From Thalassobaculaceae bacterium (GTDB lineage: Bacteria > Pseudomonadota > Alphaproteobacteria > Thalassobaculales > Thalassobaculaceae), in assembly GCA_965228875.1 (NCBI GenBank), contig OZ245843.1, positions 4,694,616 to 4,758,615 of the forward strand: DNA of 64,000 nt, given 5' to 3'. Shown in pieces: positions 61,819-64,000 of this stretch. A program made the position numbers and the translations under genes. Position 1 is the first letter of the stretch. Every line of letters begins with the position of its first letter. Under the pieces are notes generated by a model, which worked only from the letters and a program-made list of their open reading frames with translations, was not told the origin of the DNA and searched no databases.

Positions 61819-63027
61819 ATGAGTGGCGTCGAGAAGGAGTGGGCGGGCGATGTTCCCGGCGCCCTGGACGGAATCCGCGTGCTGGACATGTCGCGGCTGG
61901 TGGCGGGCAACGCCGTCACCCATCTGCTGGCGGATCACGGGGCCGAGGTCATCAAGATCGAGAAACCCGGCGTCGGCGACGATCTGCGCCACTGGAACAC
62001 CGCCGGCGTGACGACCCACTGGAAGGTCTACTGCCGCAACAAGAAGAGCGTGACGCTGAACTTCCGCCAGGAGGGGGCGATCGAGCTGTTTCTCGATCTT
62101 GTCGATACCGCGCGGGTGCTGGTCGAGAATTTCAAACCCGGAACGCTGGAGAAGATGGGCATCGGTCCGGAGGTGCTGCTGAAGCGCAACCCGAACCTGA
62201 TCGTCATCCGGATCTCCGGCTGGGGCCAGGACGGCATGTGGGCGCACAAGCCCGGCTTCGGATCCCTGGTCGAGGCGATGAGCGGGTTCGCCGCCATGAA
62301 CGGCTTCGCCGACCGGCCGCCGGTGCTGCCGCCGCTGGCGCTGGCCGACATGATCGCCGGGCTCTACGGCGCGTTCTCGGCGATGGTGGCGATCCGCGAG
62401 ATCGAGATGAAGAAGGGGCCGGGCCAGGTGATCGACCTGTCCCTGTTCGAGCCGATCCATTCCATGCTCGGCCCGATCGTCGCCAATTACGATCTGACCG
62501 GCGAGGTGCCCGAGCGCACCGGGTCGCTCTCCAACCAGTCGGCGCCGCGCAACGTCTACCGCTGCAAGGACGGCAAGTACGTGGCGCTGAGCGCGTCGAT
62601 GCAGGCCATGGCCCAGCGCCTCCTGCGGACCATCGGCCGCGAGGACCTGATCGACGACCCGCGCTTCCGCACCAACACCGACCGGGTGGCCAACCGTGAC
62701 ATCCTCGACCCCATCGTCGGCGCCTTCATGGCCGAGCGGACCCAGGCGGAGAACCTCGCCATCTTCGAGGAGGCCGGGGTGACCGTCGGGGCCGTGCCGG
62801 ATGTGGCCGAACTGGCTGACCATCCCTATCCGAAGGACCGGGAGGCCATCGTCTCCATGCCCGACGCCCAGACCGGCCGGCTGGCCATGCACAACGTGAT
62901 TCCGCGCATGCACGGCACGCCGGCGCAGCTCCGCAGGCCGGCGCCGGAACTCGGTGAGCATAACGAGGAGATCTGGCATGCGCTGGGTCACGATGCCGAC
63001 GCCCTGACCGAGAAAGGACTGATCTGA
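61819..63027 (+). CDS. CaiB/BaiF family III CoA-transferase
   Basis: LDGIRVLD, GAEVIKIE, RNKKS, ENFKPG, ISGWGQDG, ALAD, APELGEH. Confidence 0.95.
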   Translation: MSGVEKEWAGDVPGALDGIRVLDMSRLVAGNAVTHLLADHGAEVIKIEKPGVGDDLRHWNTAGVTTHWKVYCRNKKSVTLNFRQEGAIELFLDLVDTARVLVENFKPGTLEKMGIGPEVLLKRNPNLIVIRISGWGQDGMWAHKPGFGSLVEAMSGFAAMNGFADRPPVLPPLALADMIAGLYGAFSAMVAIREIEMKKGPGQVIDLSLFEPIHSMLGPIVANYDLTGEVPERTGSLSNQSAPRNVYRCKDGKYVALSASMQAMAQRLLRTIGREDLIDDPRFRTNTDRVANRDILDPIVGAFMAERTQAENLAIFEEAGVTVGAVPDVAELADHPYPKDREAIVSMPDAQTGRLAMHNVIPRMHGTPAQLRRPAPELGEHNEEIWHALGHDADALTEKGLI

Positions 63028-63926
63028 TGACCGGCGCTCCCTCCGCCCGGCCCGCCCCGCTCTGGCGTTCCCTGCTCTACGTGCCGGCCAACGCCGAGCG
63101 TTTCGTCGCCAAGGCGGTGCAGCGCGGGGCCGACGTGGTGATCCTGGATGTCGAGGACTCGATCCCGCCGGACCGCAAAGCCGAGGCCCGGACGGCGCTG
63201 CCGGGCGCCATCGCCACGGTCGCCGGCGCGAAGGCCTGCGAGGTCATGGTGCGCATCAACCGCCCGTGGCGCCTGGCCATCGCCGATCTCGAGGCGGCGG
63301 TGATCCCCGGTCTCGACGCGCTCTGCCTGCCCAAGGTGGACGGCGCCGACCATATCCGCGCCATCGACGAGGTGGTGGGCGAACTGGAGGCCGAGCGCGG
63401 CCTGCCCGCCGGCCATGTGCGCTATGCGGTCCTGGTCGAGACGGCCAAGGGCGTGCACGAGGCCCGCGCGATCGCCAAGGCCAGTCCGCGGGTGGCGGCA
63501 ATCACCTTGGGGGGCGAGGACATGGCGGCCGATCTCGGCCTGCCGGAGCCGGACCCGGCGGTGCTGGATCCCTACGACGCCCTGGTGCGGCTGGCGGCGC
63601 GGGAGGCGGGGATCATCCCGCTCGGCTATCCCGGCTCCATCGCCGAGTTCACCGACCTCGACGCCTTCCGGCGCGGGGCGGAGCAGGGGCGGCGCAACGG
63701 CTCGGAGGGCGGCATGGGCATCCATCCGGCGCAGATTCCGGTGCTCAACGCCGCCTTCACCCCGAGCGCGCAGGAGGTGGCCGACGCCGAGGGCCTCCTC
63801 GCCGCCTTCCGCGACGCGCTGGAACAGGGGCTGGGCGCTGTCGCCTACAAGGGCAAGATGATCGACAAGCCCATCGTCGACCGCGCAGAACGGATCGTCA
63901 GCATCGCGCGTCGGACCAGGCGGTAG
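63027..63926 (+). CDS. CitE/HpcH-HpaI family CoA-ester lyase
   Basis: RSLLYVP, LDVEDS, VRIN, LPKV, VET, GGED, IHPAQ, GKMIDKP. Confidence 0.94.
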   Translation: MTGAPSARPAPLWRSLLYVPANAERFVAKAVQRGADVVILDVEDSIPPDRKAEARTALPGAIATVAGAKACEVMVRINRPWRLAIADLEAAVIPGLDALCLPKVDGADHIRAIDEVVGELEAERGLPAGHVRYAVLVETAKGVHEARAIAKASPRVAAITLGGEDMAADLGLPEPDPAVLDPYDALVRLAAREAGIIPLGYPGSIAEFTDLDAFRRGAEQGRRNGSEGGMGIHPAQIPVLNAAFTPSAQEVADAEGLLAAFRDALEQGLGAVAYKGKMIDKPIVDRAERIVSIARRTRR

Positions 63927-63972
63927 AGCACATCACGATCGGATGTCTGTGTCTGATCGTGATGTGTTCCAG
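63924..63972. repeat. Palindromic intergenic repeat element, copy 2
   Basis: tagagcacatcacgatcggatgtctgtgtctgatcgtgatgtgttccag, a long imperfect palindrome related to 29349-29413. Confidence 0.75.
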
Positions 63973-64000
63973 CTCGCCGGGGCGTCGCGCGCCCATCGGG

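Overview
This is a GC-rich alphaproteobacterial chromosome segment. Gene content and order (class I lysS, pyrD-EAL-HAD, carAB-greA-lrp, trxB-lsrB/vtlR, ubiK-ybjN-proC, prs-rplY-pth-ychF) point to a Rhodospirillales-type genome, which is an inference. Most of the window is housekeeping and general metabolism, about 62 CDS. I saw no rRNA, tRNA, CRISPR array, transposase or integrase. Accessory DNA flanks lysS. On the left is a divergent pair: a compositionally mosaic, toxin-like helical/beta protein and a secreted tandem ricin-lectin/glycine-rich protein. On the right is a lone AT-rich Sll1717-type P-loop ATPase with its own promoter. Other notable items are (i) an unannotated five-hairpin sRNA candidate with C-rich anti-SD motifs directly behind the LsrB/VtlR-type regulator, (ii) a DUF2946/CruR-like RAPP arrest-peptide gene in front of a TonB-dependent receptor, (iii) a PptH-like phosphoesterase coupled to hldD and a large membrane protein, (iv) a diverged ArgJ paralog coupled to an FAD oxidoreductase, (v) an uncharacterised 643-aa protein with four His-terminated beta modules, (vi) NrdR-like boxes and clustered GANTC sites upstream of ybjN-proC, and (vii) a dispersed palindromic repeat that supplies stop codons. 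All family calls come from motif recognition by eye with no database search. Many start codons were re-picked from RBS context.
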